Source: Candidatus Xenobia bacterium (GTDB lineage Bacteria; Vulcanimicrobiota; Xenobia; Xenobiales; QWHO01). From it: a stretch of 64,000 nucleotides of DNA. Under the pieces are notes generated by a model. It worked only from the letters and a program-made list of their open reading frames with translations. It was not told the DNA's origin and made no database searches. A program made the position numbers and the translations under genes. Location of the stretch: assembly GCA_045863235.1 (NCBI GenBank), contig BTUM01000040.1, positions 1 through 64,000 on the forward strand. Reading direction: 5' to 3'. Positions 34,402-44,469 of the stretch are shown here, in pieces (within the stretch, counting starts at the first letter, position 1; each line of letters starts with the position of its first letter).

Positions 34402-35777
34402 TGGGTTACGAGTTGTTGACGGGGGCGACAGGCTTGTTGGGCAGCTATCTTCTGCGCGACGCCTTGCGTGCCGGCAAGCAGGTGGCCGTGCTGGCCCGAG
34501 GGAGCCGCACTTTGACGGCCCGGGAGCGGGTGCAGGAAACCCTCGACCGGTTGGCCGGGCCGCAGACCCTGACCGCCCCGGTGGTCCTGGAGGGAGACCT
34601 GCATCGCCCCCTGCTCGGACTCGATGCCGAGCAGTTGGACTGGGTCAGGCAGAACTGCACCAGGCTCCTCCATTCGGCCGCCTCGCTGCAGTTTCAGACC
34701 GATGGCAAGTCGGGCGAGCCTTACCTCTCCAACCTGGACGGCACTCGCCACGCGCTGAGCCTCTGCCAGAAGACCGGAATCGGCGAGTTCCACCTGGTCT
34801 CCACCGCCTACGTCTGCGGCCGGCGCGGGGGCCAGATCTTGGAGAGCGAGCTCGAGTGCGGCCAGGACTTCTCCAACGACTACGAGCGCAGCAAGTTCGT
34901 CTCCGAGGTGCTGGTGCGCGAGGCTGGCTGGCTGGACCGCTGGACCATCTACCGACCCTCGGTCATCGTGGGCGACTCGGTCAGCGGTTACACCTCCAGC
35001 TACAACGGCGCCTATGCCCTGTTTCGCACCGGCTGGCTCTTTTCCGGTCTGACCCGGGAAAGCACCCTGGAGCGGATCGGCTTGAGCGACAAGGACCGGG
35101 TCAACATCGTCCCCGTGGACTGGGTCTCGGCGGCCATTCGCCAGCTCGTCGAGCATCCCGCCAGCGCGGGCCAGACCTATCACCTGACCTCCCCCCATCC
35201 CCCCACCGCCACCGCTCTCTATGAAGCCTGCGCCCGAGCGCCGGTGGCCCCACCCGAGGTGCCGCCGGGTCTGCTCGAGGAGGCTTTGAGTGTCTACCAG
35301 CCCTACTTGAGCCATCATCCTGAATTCGATGTCAGCCACACCAGGCGAGACGCTCCCGACCTGCCCTGTCCGGCCATCGACGACGCCCTGCTCGATCGGC
35401 TGATCGACTTCGCCAGCCGCGAGGGTTTCGAGCCGCCCCTCAAGACACTGCTCGAGACCCTGCCTGCCACGGGCTCTCCCGCCGAGGCCCTGCTGCTCGA
35501 GGTCAATGGTCCCGATGGCGGAGCCTGGAGCCTGGCGCCCTCGGCCCAGCCGGGGGAGGTGGCCCTGGCCGAGGGGGCCGACGGCTCGAGGCGGGCTTTC
35601 TGCAACCCCACCACGCTGGAGGACCTGTTGGCCCGTCGACTGACCCTGGAGAGCGCCCTCTATTCGGGCTTGCTGGTTCTCGAGGGAGCTCCGGCCCAAC
35701 TCGACGGCTCCGTAAAACTGCTCGAGGACCTGCTGGAAGGGCTGCGGACAGCTCCCGACAGGCGGGTGCGGCGATGA
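34401..35777 (+). CDS. Thioester reductase (extended SDR) with C-terminal SCP2-like lipid-binding domain
   Basis: LTGATGLLG, VSTAYVCG, YERSK, YRPSVIVGDS, VPVDWV; tail ESALYSGLLVLEG. Confidence 0.85.
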   Translation: MGYELLTGATGLLGSYLLRDALRAGKQVAVLARGSRTLTARERVQETLDRLAGPQTLTAPVVLEGDLHRPLLGLDAEQLDWVRQNCTRLLHSAASLQFQTDGKSGEPYLSNLDGTRHALSLCQKTGIGEFHLVSTAYVCGRRGGQILESELECGQDFSNDYERSKFVSEVLVREAGWLDRWTIYRPSVIVGDSVSGYTSSYNGAYALFRTGWLFSGLTRESTLERIGLSDKDRVNIVPVDWVSAAIRQLVEHPASAGQTYHLTSPHPPTATALYEACARAPVAPPEVPPGLLEEALSVYQPYLSHHPEFDVSHTRRDAPDLPCPAIDDALLDRLIDFASREGFEPPLKTLLETLPATGSPAEALLLEVNGPDGGAWSLAPSAQPGEVALAEGADGSRRAFCNPTTLEDLLARRLTLESALYSGLLVLEGAPAQLDGSVKLLEDLLEGLRTAPDRRVRR

Positions 35778-38700
35778 AGGGCACGTCCCTCCACAAGCCG
35801 CTGGCCGTGGTGGGCATGGCCTGCCTGCTGCCCGGTTCCGATGGCCTGGAAGCTTTCTGGGAGCTCCTCGAGCAAGGCCGCGATGCGATTGTCGAGATGC
35901 CCCCCGACCGGCTCGACCGCTCGCTCTACTATGACGAGCGCAAAGGGCAGAGGGGCAAGACTTACTCCACTCTGGGCGGGCTGGTGCCCGAGCGCACCCC
36001 CCAGAGCGCTGACGAGAGCTTTGACGTCTGCCATCGCCTCCTGGCCGACGTCGCGAGAACAGCCTGCCAGCACGCGGGCCTCGACCTTTCGAGTCTGCCC
36101 GAGCTGCGCACCGGGGTGTTCGTCGGCCATTCCGGTGGCAGCTCCCGCCCGGGTGAGCTGGCGCTGGCAACTCTGGCCGAGCAGATCCTGCAGCCACTGC
36201 GCGAGGCACCCGAGTTCGAGCTGCTGGCCCGCGAGCGCCAGGAGGCCATCGTGCGGGAGGTGGTCAGCCGCTTGCGCGAAGGGCGGCCCAGGCGAACCAG
36301 CGATGGAGGTCCGTGGCTGGAAGCCCGTTGGGGCGCTGAGCTGGTGGCCCGCGAGCTGGGCTTGAACGGGCCCAACCTGGTGGTGGATGCGGCCTGCGCC
36401 TCCTCGCTGGTGGCCGTGGCCCTGGGCGCGATGGCTCTCGAGTCGGGCGAGGTCGACCTGGCCATCGTGGGAGGGGCCTCCTACGCCAAGGCCGACAGCC
36501 TGGTGTTGTTCTCGCACGCGCAGTCATGCAGCGCCAGCGGCACCCGCCCGTTCGACGACGGCGCCGATGGCCTGATCGGCTCGGAAGGGTACGTGGCCCT
36601 GGTGCTCAAGACCGTGGAACGGGCCCAGCGCGATCAGGATAAGATCCTGGCCGTCATTCGCGGGATCGGCCTGTCCACCGATGGGCGCGGCAAGCACCTG
36701 TGGGCCCCCCGCAAGGAAGGCCAGCTGGCGGCCATCCGTCGCGCTTACGGGCCCGACCTGGATCCTGGCCAGATTCAGTATGTCGAGGCCCACGCCACCA
36801 GCACCCAGGTGGGGGACGCCACCGAGCTCGAGTCTTTGAGCGAGTTCTATGGCCAGCATCTCAAGGGCCGCAAGCTGCCCATCGGCAGCGTCAAGTCCAA
36901 CCTGGGTCACACGCTTGAGACAGCTGGTCTGGCCGCCCTTTTGAAGGTGGTGCTGGCCCTGCAGCGTGAGGTCATCCCACCCACCTGCAACGTGGAGAAT
37001 CTCAACAGCTCCATCGACTGGAGCGCCCTCCCCTTCGCGGTGGCCCTCCAGGCCCAGCCCTGGAGCAAGCCCGACTGCGGAATCCGGCGGGCGGCGCTGA
37101 GCGCCTTTGGAATCGGCGGGCTCAACGTCCACATGGTGATCGAGGAGCCGGGCGGTGACTTGCCCGCGCCCACTCCCTCCGACAGCGAGCCGATCGCCAT
37201 CGTGGGTCGCGGGGTCGTGCTGCCCGGGGCTTACAGCGTGGACGCCTTCAAGACCCTGCTCAAGAGCCGCCGGCCGGCCCTCAGCGAGGCCAGCGAGACC
37301 CGCTGGCCGGGGGGAGGGGCCCCGCGGGGCGGCTTCATCACCGACTACGAGTACGACTACCTGACCCACCGCGTCCCCCCCAAGCAGGTGGCCCAGGCCA
37401 ATCCGCTGCAGTTCATGCTGCTCGATGCCACCGAGCAGGCCCTCAAGGAAGCCGGCACCGTCGACCGCGAGCGCGCGGCCGTGGTGGTGGGGACCCAGTT
37501 CGGAGGCGAGTTCGGCAACCAGCTGGTGGCCGGTCTGCGACTGCCCGAGATCGACCTGGTTTTCGAGCAGGTCCTGGCCGCTCAGGGCCTTGAGCCGGCT
37601 ACCCGCCAGAGACTCCGAGAGAGCTACCGAGAGTCATTTCTACGCCAGTTCCCGGCCCTGATGGACGAAACCGGCAGCTTCACCAGCAGCACCCTGGCCT
37701 CGCGGATCACGAAGACCTTCCACCTGGAAGGGGGCGCCATGGCGCTGGAGGCCGGCGAATGCTCTTCGCTGCTAGCCGTGGCCACCGGGGCCGCGTTGCT
37801 GCGCGGCGGCGTCTGCTCGGCCGTGGTCTGCGCCGGGGCCATGCGCTCGCTGGACCTCCCCGCCTATGAGGCTCTTCAGCTCAAGGGCTACTTCGAGGGG
37901 GGAGATTTCCTCCCCGGCGAAGGGGTCGGGGTTCTGGTGCTCAAGCGCCTGGAGGACGCCCGCCGCGACGGCAACCCGATTCTGGGCCTGCTGCTGGGGG
38001 ATGGATGCGGCTATCGAGCGGGTTGCCCGGCCGCAGCCAGCAGCACCGCAGCCCAGAGGGCGCTGCAGAGCGCTGGTCTGGGCTTCGACCAGGTCGAGAC
38101 CCTCGAGCCGGGGGGTGGCAAGCTCTCCATCCGGGCCGACCAGCAACGAGGCCTGAGTGACGTTTATGCCGACAAGCCGGTGCCACGACCCGAGTTGACA
38201 GGCCTGATCGGTCACCTGGGCGCTGCCGAGGGGATTGTCTCCGTGCTGCGAGCGACGCTCGAGCCCGGTCACGGCATCGAGGGGGTGCACGGAGTCTCCG
38301 AGAGCGGACTGGCCTGCCACCTGCTGCTGGCTCCCCCGGCGGCAGCGGCGCGCCGCGAGCTTCCCCGCGAGGTGGCCAGGGTGGGCGGAGCGACCCTTCA
38401 GGAGCTGGCCACCCGGCTGACGCGAGGTGCCTTCACGGACGAGTTCGGTCCCCGCGATCGGCATCGACTGGTGGTGGTCGCCAGGCACCCCGGTGACATG
38501 CCGACCCGCCTCGAGCTGGCTCGCACCCAGCTGAGGGGCTCGCGAAGCCTCCTGGAGGAACAGGGCATCTTCCTGGGTCAGGTGCCTCAGGAGCGTCCCC
38601 GGCTAGCCTTCATGTTCAGCGGACAGGGCTCGCAGTATCAGGGGATGCTGCAGGAGCTGGTGCAGATCTCGCAGGCCGCCCGTGAGCTGCTGGCCGAGGC

Positions 38701-41700
38701 GGACCGACTGCTGGTCGCCGCCGGCTTGCCCACCTTTGCCGAGCTGGCCTGGAGCGAGGGACAGGCCCTGGACGAGGATCCGGTCACCACCCAGGTTGCC
38801 GTCCTGGTGGCCGACATGCTGGTCTACGCCGCCGTGCGCGAGCGCGGTCTCGAGCCGGACTGCGTGGGCGGGCATAGCTTCGGGGAGATCCCGGCCATGG
38901 TGGCGGCGCGCGTGATCACCCTGGATCAGGCCATCACGCTGACCCGTGAGCGGGCCCGAGCGCTGCTGGCGGCCAGCCCGGACGGGGGCCTTCTCTCGGT
39001 GGCAGCCAGTCCCGAGGTGGCCGAGAAGGCCATCCAGGCCAGCCGGCTGGAGCTTTTCCTGACCCACCACAACGCTCCCGAGCAGTCGGTGGTAGGGGGA
39101 CGACTGAAGGACCTCGACCAGCTGGCCGAGCGCCTCGCCGAGCAGAAGGTCAAGACCCGGCTCCTGAAGGTGCCGGGAGCCTTGCACACTCCCCTGGTAA
39201 GAGCCGCCCAGGCCCCCCTGCGCAAAGTGCTCCAGGAGATGACGCTGCGCCCCCCAACCCGGCTCTTCTACTCCAATGTGACCAACCGCTTGGTGGCCGA
39301 CCCGGCCGAGTTCGTCGAGAATCTGGTGGCCCAGGTCACCGACCCGATTCGATATCCCGCCTTGCTCGAGCGGATGGTCGAGCAGGGCGTGGGAGCCTTC
39401 CTCGAGATCGGTCCCAACCAGGTGCTCACCGGGCTGCACCGCCAGATCCTGGCCGGTCGCGAGCTGGTGGTGGCTGCCACCGATCACCCTCGGCGAGGTG
39501 CCCACGAGCAGCTCGCCCGAGCCCGCGCGGCCCTCGAGTGCGTGGGAGTGGTGGCCAGCCAGACGACCCCGGCCAGTTCGGGGGTGGCCACCGGGGATGT
39601 GCTGGAGTTCGATGCCACCACGCCGCGCCGCCAGCGCCGTCGAGCCGAGGCCAGCGCCGCTCCTGTGAGCGCGATCCCCGGTTCGCCGGAGCCCGAGTCG
39701 ATGGACCCAGGCATGGCGCGCCTTTTGATCGATTTCGTGGTCGACCTGACCGGCTATCCCCCCGAGGTGATCAGCCTGGACTGGGACCTGGAGGCCGATC
39801 TCGGCATCGACAGCATCAAGCGGGCCCAGTTGCTGGGCGAGGTGGCCGAGGCCATGGCCGGCGAGAGCGTCCAGGGGAATCTGCAGCTGGAAAGCTTCCG
39901 CACCCTGCGCCAGATCCTCGAGTTCATGGCGCGTCAGGCTCCCCGCTCGGCATCCGAGCCACAAGCCCCCGACCCTCGAAGTCTGCCCTCCTTCCGACAG
40001 GGCTTCGAGCAAGGCCTGCACCAGGCCGTGTCCATTCGTCAGCGACTGCGACAGTCGGCCGCCATGGGCCAGACCCGAGCCGAGACGCGCAGCCCGGCCG
40101 AGCTGAAAGCACTTCTGAATCCCTCCGAGCTTGCCCGGTTGCAGGGCATGGCTGAGGGAGCCGGAGTCCACGAGGGCAATCTGCTGGCCTACCGGCTCCA
40201 CTTCGGCCAGTTCCCGGGCGAGGGCTCGCCGAGCAGCGACAAACAGGTGACGGCGCGTTACCTGATGGAGCTGATCGACCTTCCGCAGCCAGTCCAGGGC
40301 CTCTCTCCACGCTGGCACGGAGACGCCCTGGTGGTCGGCCACAACCGGGTGGCCGACGACCTGATCCGGCAGTTGGAGCGCCAGGGGGTCACCGTCCGGC
40401 GGGCCACCTCCGTGGCCGAGCTGGAGCAACTGTGGACCGAGGCCCCTCTCCCCCACCTCTTTTTGACCACCCCCTACGACCCCGAGGCCCGGCCCGAGCA
40501 GTGGGCGGTCCGACGTCAGGCAGCCCTGGAGCTTCCCTTCCAGCTGTGCCAGAAGTGGCTCATCCTGGTCAAAGCGGCCGCTCTCATGGAGGACGCCAGC
40601 CTGGTTGCAACCGTCAACCTGGGCGGCGACTTCGGCTTTGAGACGAGTCCCCAGCACTTTGAAGGGGGCATTCTCACCGGCCTTCTGAAGGCGATCCTGA
40701 TCGAGAGCTGGGTGGCCGGCTTTCGACACCTGCCGGTCAAGCTGATCGACGCCAGTGCCGACGAGTCACCCGAGCAGGTGGTCGGCGCGGCGCTGGCCGA
40801 GCTGGCTTTGCCTTCCTACGAAACCGAGGTGGCTCTGAGCCAGGGTCGGCGACGGGTCGTGCGCCCGGTGCGTCGGCCGCTGCAGATCACCTCGCGAGCT
40901 CGGCTGGAGGGCACCTGGATCTGCACCGGCGGGGCTCGCGGCATCACCGCTTTCGTAGCCACCGAGCTGGGCCGCCGCTACGGCCTGACCCTGCACCTGA
41001 TCGGGCGCATCCCGCGTAGCGAGCTGCCGAATGAATGGCAACGGATGTGGACCGATCAGCGTCGTGAGCTGAAGGTGCTGGTGATGAACCAGGCCCGCTC
41101 GGCCGGGCAGAACGCTGTCAAAGCCTGGGAGTCGGCCCAGAAGGGCCTGGAGATCGAGGAGACCCTGGCCCGGCTGGCCGAGATGGGCATCGAAGCGCAC
41201 TATCACTCTTGCGACGTGTCCGATCGCGAGCAGTTGGCCCGCGTGCTGGACCAGATTCGCTCGCAGGGACCCATTCAGGGCATCCTGCACGGCGCTGGCT
41301 CGAGCCGTGACGCCAAGTTCGAGCAAAAGGAAGCCGACCGGGTGGACCAGTGCTTCCGGGCCAAGGTGGACGGCACGTTAGCCCTCATGGAGCTGACCGC
41401 TAACGACCCGATCCGCTATTTTGTGGGCTTTGGCTCCATCAGCGGCCGTTTCGGGGCCAACGGCCATGCCGACTACAGCTCGGCCAACGACGCTCTGGCC
41501 AAGCTGGTGGATTGGTATCGCGGTCAGCGCCCCGACGTGGCGGCAGTCACCTTTCACTGGCACGCCTGGGGCGATGTGGGGATGGCCACCAAGGCCGAGA
41601 CCCAGCTGGGCTTGCAGGCCGTGGACATGCAGTTCATGCCGGCGTTCGAGGGTCTGACTCACCTGATCGATGAGCTCGAGGCGGGGGCGCCCGAGTCCGA

Positions 41701-42706
41701 GGTGCTGATCACAGACGACACCTACTACGCCCGCTTCTATCCCAATGAGCTGATCGGGGCCGAGGCGGGCGGCGAGTTGCGACCGCTGCTCGGCAAGGGC
41801 AACGAGGTGCTGCTCGACCCCGAGAAAGAGACTTTCCTGACCGAGCACCGTCTGGACGACCGGCCGATTCTGCCCCTGGTGGTTGCCCTGGAGCTCGCGT
41901 GCGAAGCCGCCGTTCAAGGGGGTCCCTTCTCGGTCCAGCAGGTCCGGGCCGTCAGCCCGCTCCGCTTTCACGACCTGCAACCCAAGAAGGTCCGGGTTCA
42001 TCAGCACGGATCCGAGGTGACGGTGGCCTGCGATCTGACCGCGCGTGACGGCACCCTGCTGGAAGCCGACAAACCGATCCTGCGACTTGAGGTGAACGGG
42101 GCGGCTCATCCTGGTAAGGGACCGACCGTGCCCGCCCCGGAAGGACCCTGGAGCCCGGTGGCCTATTCCGAGCGGGGAGCCCGGCTCTATCACGGTCCGG
42201 CCTTCCGAGCGCTGCGCAAAGTCTGCCTGCAGGGCGACGAGCTCTGGGGCCAGATCACCGCTCCGGCTGTCGTCGAGCTCTCTGGCACCCAGCGCCCCAC
42301 GGTGGGTTGGCGCGTCCCCTGCGCGGTGCTGGACGCATGTCTTTATGCTGTGGGCTACCTGGCCTGGATGCGGGTCGAGCCCACCCAGACCGTTCCGGCC
42401 GGAATGGCGGAGCTCACGCTGGGACGCTTCCCTATTCCTCGGGAAGACTGCCTGGTGCACGTGCGCTTCCTCGAGCGAAGCGAGGGCGGGGCCCGCTTCG
42501 ACTTCCGCCTCTATGGAAACACCGGCGAGCTCCTGGCGGAGGCGCTCGGCTACGAGCTCTCCCTGCTGACCGCTCCGGCCCTGGTGGGGAATGCAGCGAC
42601 GACAGGGGCGGTCGGAAACTCAGCGACGACAGGAGCGGTCGGAAACTCAGCGACGACAGGAGCGGTCGGAAACTCAGCGACGACAGGAGCGGTCGGAAGT
42701 TCATGA
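35774..42706 (+). CDS. Iterative type I PKS, Pfa/Hgl-like: KS-KS(degenerate)-AT-ACP-KR-DH
   Basis: DAACASS/EAHATST/NLGHT; second KS GECSSL/IGHLG; GHSFG; LGIDSIK; TGGARGI...YSSAN; EHRLDDRPILP. Confidence 0.93.
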   Translation: MKGTSLHKPLAVVGMACLLPGSDGLEAFWELLEQGRDAIVEMPPDRLDRSLYYDERKGQRGKTYSTLGGLVPERTPQSADESFDVCHRLLADVARTACQHAGLDLSSLPELRTGVFVGHSGGSSRPGELALATLAEQILQPLREAPEFELLARERQEAIVREVVSRLREGRPRRTSDGGPWLEARWGAELVARELGLNGPNLVVDAACASSLVAVALGAMALESGEVDLAIVGGASYAKADSLVLFSHAQSCSASGTRPFDDGADGLIGSEGYVALVLKTVERAQRDQDKILAVIRGIGLSTDGRGKHLWAPRKEGQLAAIRRAYGPDLDPGQIQYVEAHATSTQVGDATELESLSEFYGQHLKGRKLPIGSVKSNLGHTLETAGLAALLKVVLALQREVIPPTCNVENLNSSIDWSALPFAVALQAQPWSKPDCGIRRAALSAFGIGGLNVHMVIEEPGGDLPAPTPSDSEPIAIVGRGVVLPGAYSVDAFKTLLKSRRPALSEASETRWPGGGAPRGGFITDYEYDYLTHRVPPKQVAQANPLQFMLLDATEQALKEAGTVDRERAAVVVGTQFGGEFGNQLVAGLRLPEIDLVFEQVLAAQGLEPATRQRLRESYRESFLRQFPALMDETGSFTSSTLASRITKTFHLEGGAMALEAGECSSLLAVATGAALLRGGVCSAVVCAGAMRSLDLPAYEALQLKGYFEGGDFLPGEGVGVLVLKRLEDARRDGNPILGLLLGDGCGYRAGCPAAASSTAAQRALQSAGLGFDQVETLEPGGGKLSIRADQQRGLSDVYADKPVPRPELTGLIGHLGAAEGIVSVLRATLEPGHGIEGVHGVSESGLACHLLLAPPAAAARRELPREVARVGGATLQELATRLTRGAFTDEFGPRDRHRLVVVARHPGDMPTRLELARTQLRGSRSLLEEQGIFLGQVPQERPRLAFMFSGQGSQYQGMLQELVQISQAARELLAEADRLLVAAGLPTFAELAWSEGQALDEDPVTTQVAVLVADMLVYAAVRERGLEPDCVGGHSFGEIPAMVAARVITLDQAITLTRERARALLAASPDGGLLSVAASPEVAEKAIQASRLELFLTHHNAPEQSVVGGRLKDLDQLAERLAEQKVKTRLLKVPGALHTPLVRAAQAPLRKVLQEMTLRPPTRLFYSNVTNRLVADPAEFVENLVAQVTDPIRYPALLERMVEQGVGAFLEIGPNQVLTGLHRQILAGRELVVAATDHPRRGAHEQLARARAALECVGVVASQTTPASSGVATGDVLEFDATTPRRQRRRAEASAAPVSAIPGSPEPESMDPGMARLLIDFVVDLTGYPPEVISLDWDLEADLGIDSIKRAQLLGEVAEAMAGESVQGNLQLESFRTLRQILEFMARQAPRSASEPQAPDPRSLPSFRQGFEQGLHQAVSIRQRLRQSAAMGQTRAETRSPAELKALLNPSELARLQGMAEGAGVHEGNLLAYRLHFGQFPGEGSPSSDKQVTARYLMELIDLPQPVQGLSPRWHGDALVVGHNRVADDLIRQLERQGVTVRRATSVAELEQLWTEAPLPHLFLTTPYDPEARPEQWAVRRQAALELPFQLCQKWLILVKAAALMEDASLVATVNLGGDFGFETSPQHFEGGILTGLLKAILIESWVAGFRHLPVKLIDASADESPEQVVGAALAELALPSYETEVALSQGRRRVVRPVRRPLQITSRARLEGTWICTGGARGITAFVATELGRRYGLTLHLIGRIPRSELPNEWQRMWTDQRRELKVLVMNQARSAGQNAVKAWESAQKGLEIEETLARLAEMGIEAHYHSCDVSDREQLARVLDQIRSQGPIQGILHGAGSSRDAKFEQKEADRVDQCFRAKVDGTLALMELTANDPIRYFVGFGSISGRFGANGHADYSSANDALAKLVDWYRGQRPDVAAVTFHWHAWGDVGMATKAETQLGLQAVDMQFMPAFEGLTHLIDELEAGAPESEVLITDDTYYARFYPNELIGAEAGGELRPLLGKGNEVLLDPEKETFLTEHRLDDRPILPLVVALELACEAAVQGGPFSVQQVRAVSPLRFHDLQPKKVRVHQHGSEVTVACDLTARDGTLLEADKPILRLEVNGAAHPGKGPTVPAPEGPWSPVAYSERGARLYHGPAFRALRKVCLQGDELWGQITAPAVVELSGTQRPTVGWRVPCAVLDACLYAVGYLAWMRVEPTQTVPAGMAELTLGRFPIPREDCLVHVRFLERSEGGARFDFRLYGNTGELLAEALGYELSLLTAPALVGNAATTGAVGNSATTGAVGNSATTGAVGNSATTGAVGSS
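42594..42701 (+). repeat. 4 x 27 bp in-frame tandem repeat at the PKS 3' end (encodes ATTGAVGNS)
   Basis: CAGCGACGACAGG(A/G)GCGGTCGGAAACT at 42594, 42621, 42648, 42675. Confidence 0.95.
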
Positions 42707-43458
42707 TCGACCTGAGCGGCAAGGTCTGCCTGGTCACCGGCGCCTCGCGGGGCATCGGTCGGGCCTGCGCTCTCCGCCTGGCCGAGGCTGGCGCCGACGT
42801 GGTGGTCAACTACCTCACTTCGCAAGCTGCCGCTCGTCAGGTGGCCGACGAGATCGCCCGCCACGGGCGCCGCTCCGCCATCGTCAAGGCGGACGTGAGC
42901 GAGCCCGAGGATGTCAAGGCAATGGTCGACTTCGTGGCCGAGCGCTTCGGCCGTCTGGACGTGCTGGTCAGCAACGTGGCCACGGGCGGGTTCCGCCTGC
43001 TGGTCGACTCCACCCCGGCCCAGTTCGCGGCGACCATGAACACCAACGTGCTGGCCCTGCTCAGCCTGGTTCAGGCGGCGCTGCCCCAGTTGCGCAACTC
43101 GGTCGAGCGAGCCAAGGTGGTGGCCCTGTCCAGCCACGGGTCGCACATGGCCCTGCCGGCCTACGGCCTGATTGGCACCTCCAAAGCAGCCCTGGAGAGC
43201 CTGGTGCGGCATCTGGCCCTGGAGCTGGGAGAGCGAATCAACTTCAACGTGGTTCTGGCCGGACTGGTGGCCACCGACTCCACGCGCGAGGTGCCCCCCG
43301 AGCTGTTCGAGCGGGCTCAGGCCCGCATGATGACCGATGGTCGGGCCCTGACGGCCGCCGAGGTGGCCGACGCGGTGCTCTTTCTGGCCAGCCCTTTGAG
43401 CGACTTGATTCAGGCCCAGACCATCGTGGTCGATGGCGGCGCGGGCGTGCACGGGTAA
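42703..43458 (+). CDS. FabL-like enoyl-ACP reductase (SDR)
   Basis: VTGASRGIG; YGLIGTSK (Yx6K); ATGA coupling to the PKS. Confidence 0.8.
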   Translation: MIDLSGKVCLVTGASRGIGRACALRLAEAGADVVVNYLTSQAAARQVADEIARHGRRSAIVKADVSEPEDVKAMVDFVAERFGRLDVLVSNVATGGFRLLVDSTPAQFAATMNTNVLALLSLVQAALPQLRNSVERAKVVALSSHGSHMALPAYGLIGTSKAALESLVRHLALELGERINFNVVLAGLVATDSTREVPPELFERAQARMMTDGRALTAAEVADAVLFLASPLSDLIQAQTIVVDGGAGVHG

Positions 43459-43535
43459 GCCGCCCGCGATCCATCGCCTTTCAGAGCCGCCCTGGCGGAG
43501 GATTCTCAATCCTCGGGCCGAATCGGGCCTCCCGA

Positions 43536-44369
43536 ATGAATGGCGAGCTGACCGACGAGATCAATGCCCTGGCACCCTGGCACCTCAATGTGGCCCTCAA
43601 CTCGGAATTGGACGTGGCCAAAGCCCTTCAGTGCCGACCAGAGACCGGCCCGTCCCACGAATTGGGCCCGGTATCGTTTTTGGATAGCCGCTCGCACTTT
43701 CTAGACCTGGTCAAATCGATCTATCCTCAGGGCCTTCAGGGCAAGAGCTTTCTCGATTGCGCCTGCAACTGCGGGGCCTACTCCTTCTGGTGCAAGGAGA
43801 TGGGGGCCGAGCGCTGCTTTGGCTTTGACGTGCGCGAGCACTGGATCCGTCAGGCCAACTTTCTCCGGCAACGACGAGCCTGGCCCAGCGACGGCATCAA
43901 GTTTCAGGTTTGCGATGTGTATGATCTGCCCAAGCTCGAGCTGCCGATCCATCAGCTGACGATGTTCGAAGGGATCTTCTATCATCTTCCGGCTCCCATC
44001 TGGGGGCTGAAAATCGCTGCCGACCTGACCTCTGAGGTCATGATCTTCAACACTGCCTCCCGCTTTCGGCTATTCGGAAACGCGCTCTCAGTCGCTCGCG
44101 AGAACGTCAACTTCGGGATGAACGGCGTACACGGCCTGAACTGGTACCCCTCCGACCCTCTTGTCCTCAAGCACATCTTTGCCTGGCTGGGTTTTCCCGA
44201 AGTGCGCGTGCTGGAGTGGAGGCGCCTGATTCGCTTCAATCGGCAGCGTGGCCTCAAGGCATGGCTGAAGGGTCTATTGCTCGGCACCGGTCGGATCACA
44301 CTGCTGGCAGCCCGCGAGCCACGATACCTCGAGGCTTTTGATCGCTCGGGTTATCGGCCGAGACGATGA
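43536..44369 (+). CDS. Class I SAM-dependent methyltransferase (CmoB/DUF1698-like)
   Basis: SFLDCACNCGAYS, GIFYHL. Confidence 0.85.
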   Translation: MNGELTDEINALAPWHLNVALNSELDVAKALQCRPETGPSHELGPVSFLDSRSHFLDLVKSIYPQGLQGKSFLDCACNCGAYSFWCKEMGAERCFGFDVREHWIRQANFLRQRRAWPSDGIKFQVCDVYDLPKLELPIHQLTMFEGIFYHLPAPIWGLKIAADLTSEVMIFNTASRFRLFGNALSVARENVNFGMNGVHGLNWYPSDPLVLKHIFAWLGFPEVRVLEWRRLIRFNRQRGLKAWLKGLLLGTGRITLLAAREPRYLEAFDRSGYRPRR

Positions 44370-44469
44370 AGCGCGCGCCCTCTGAGCCAGGCGTTGAGAA
44401 GCCCGCGCTGGCCCACCGGGCGGACAAATCCTTGACAGTCGAGAAGCAGGCCGCATCGCACGCATAGCT

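Noticed and set aside
35774..42706. Canonical PUFA synthase (pfaA-E)
   Set aside because: Only one ACP, no PfaD-type enoyl reductase or FabA-like DH pair, and a thioester reductase is present instead
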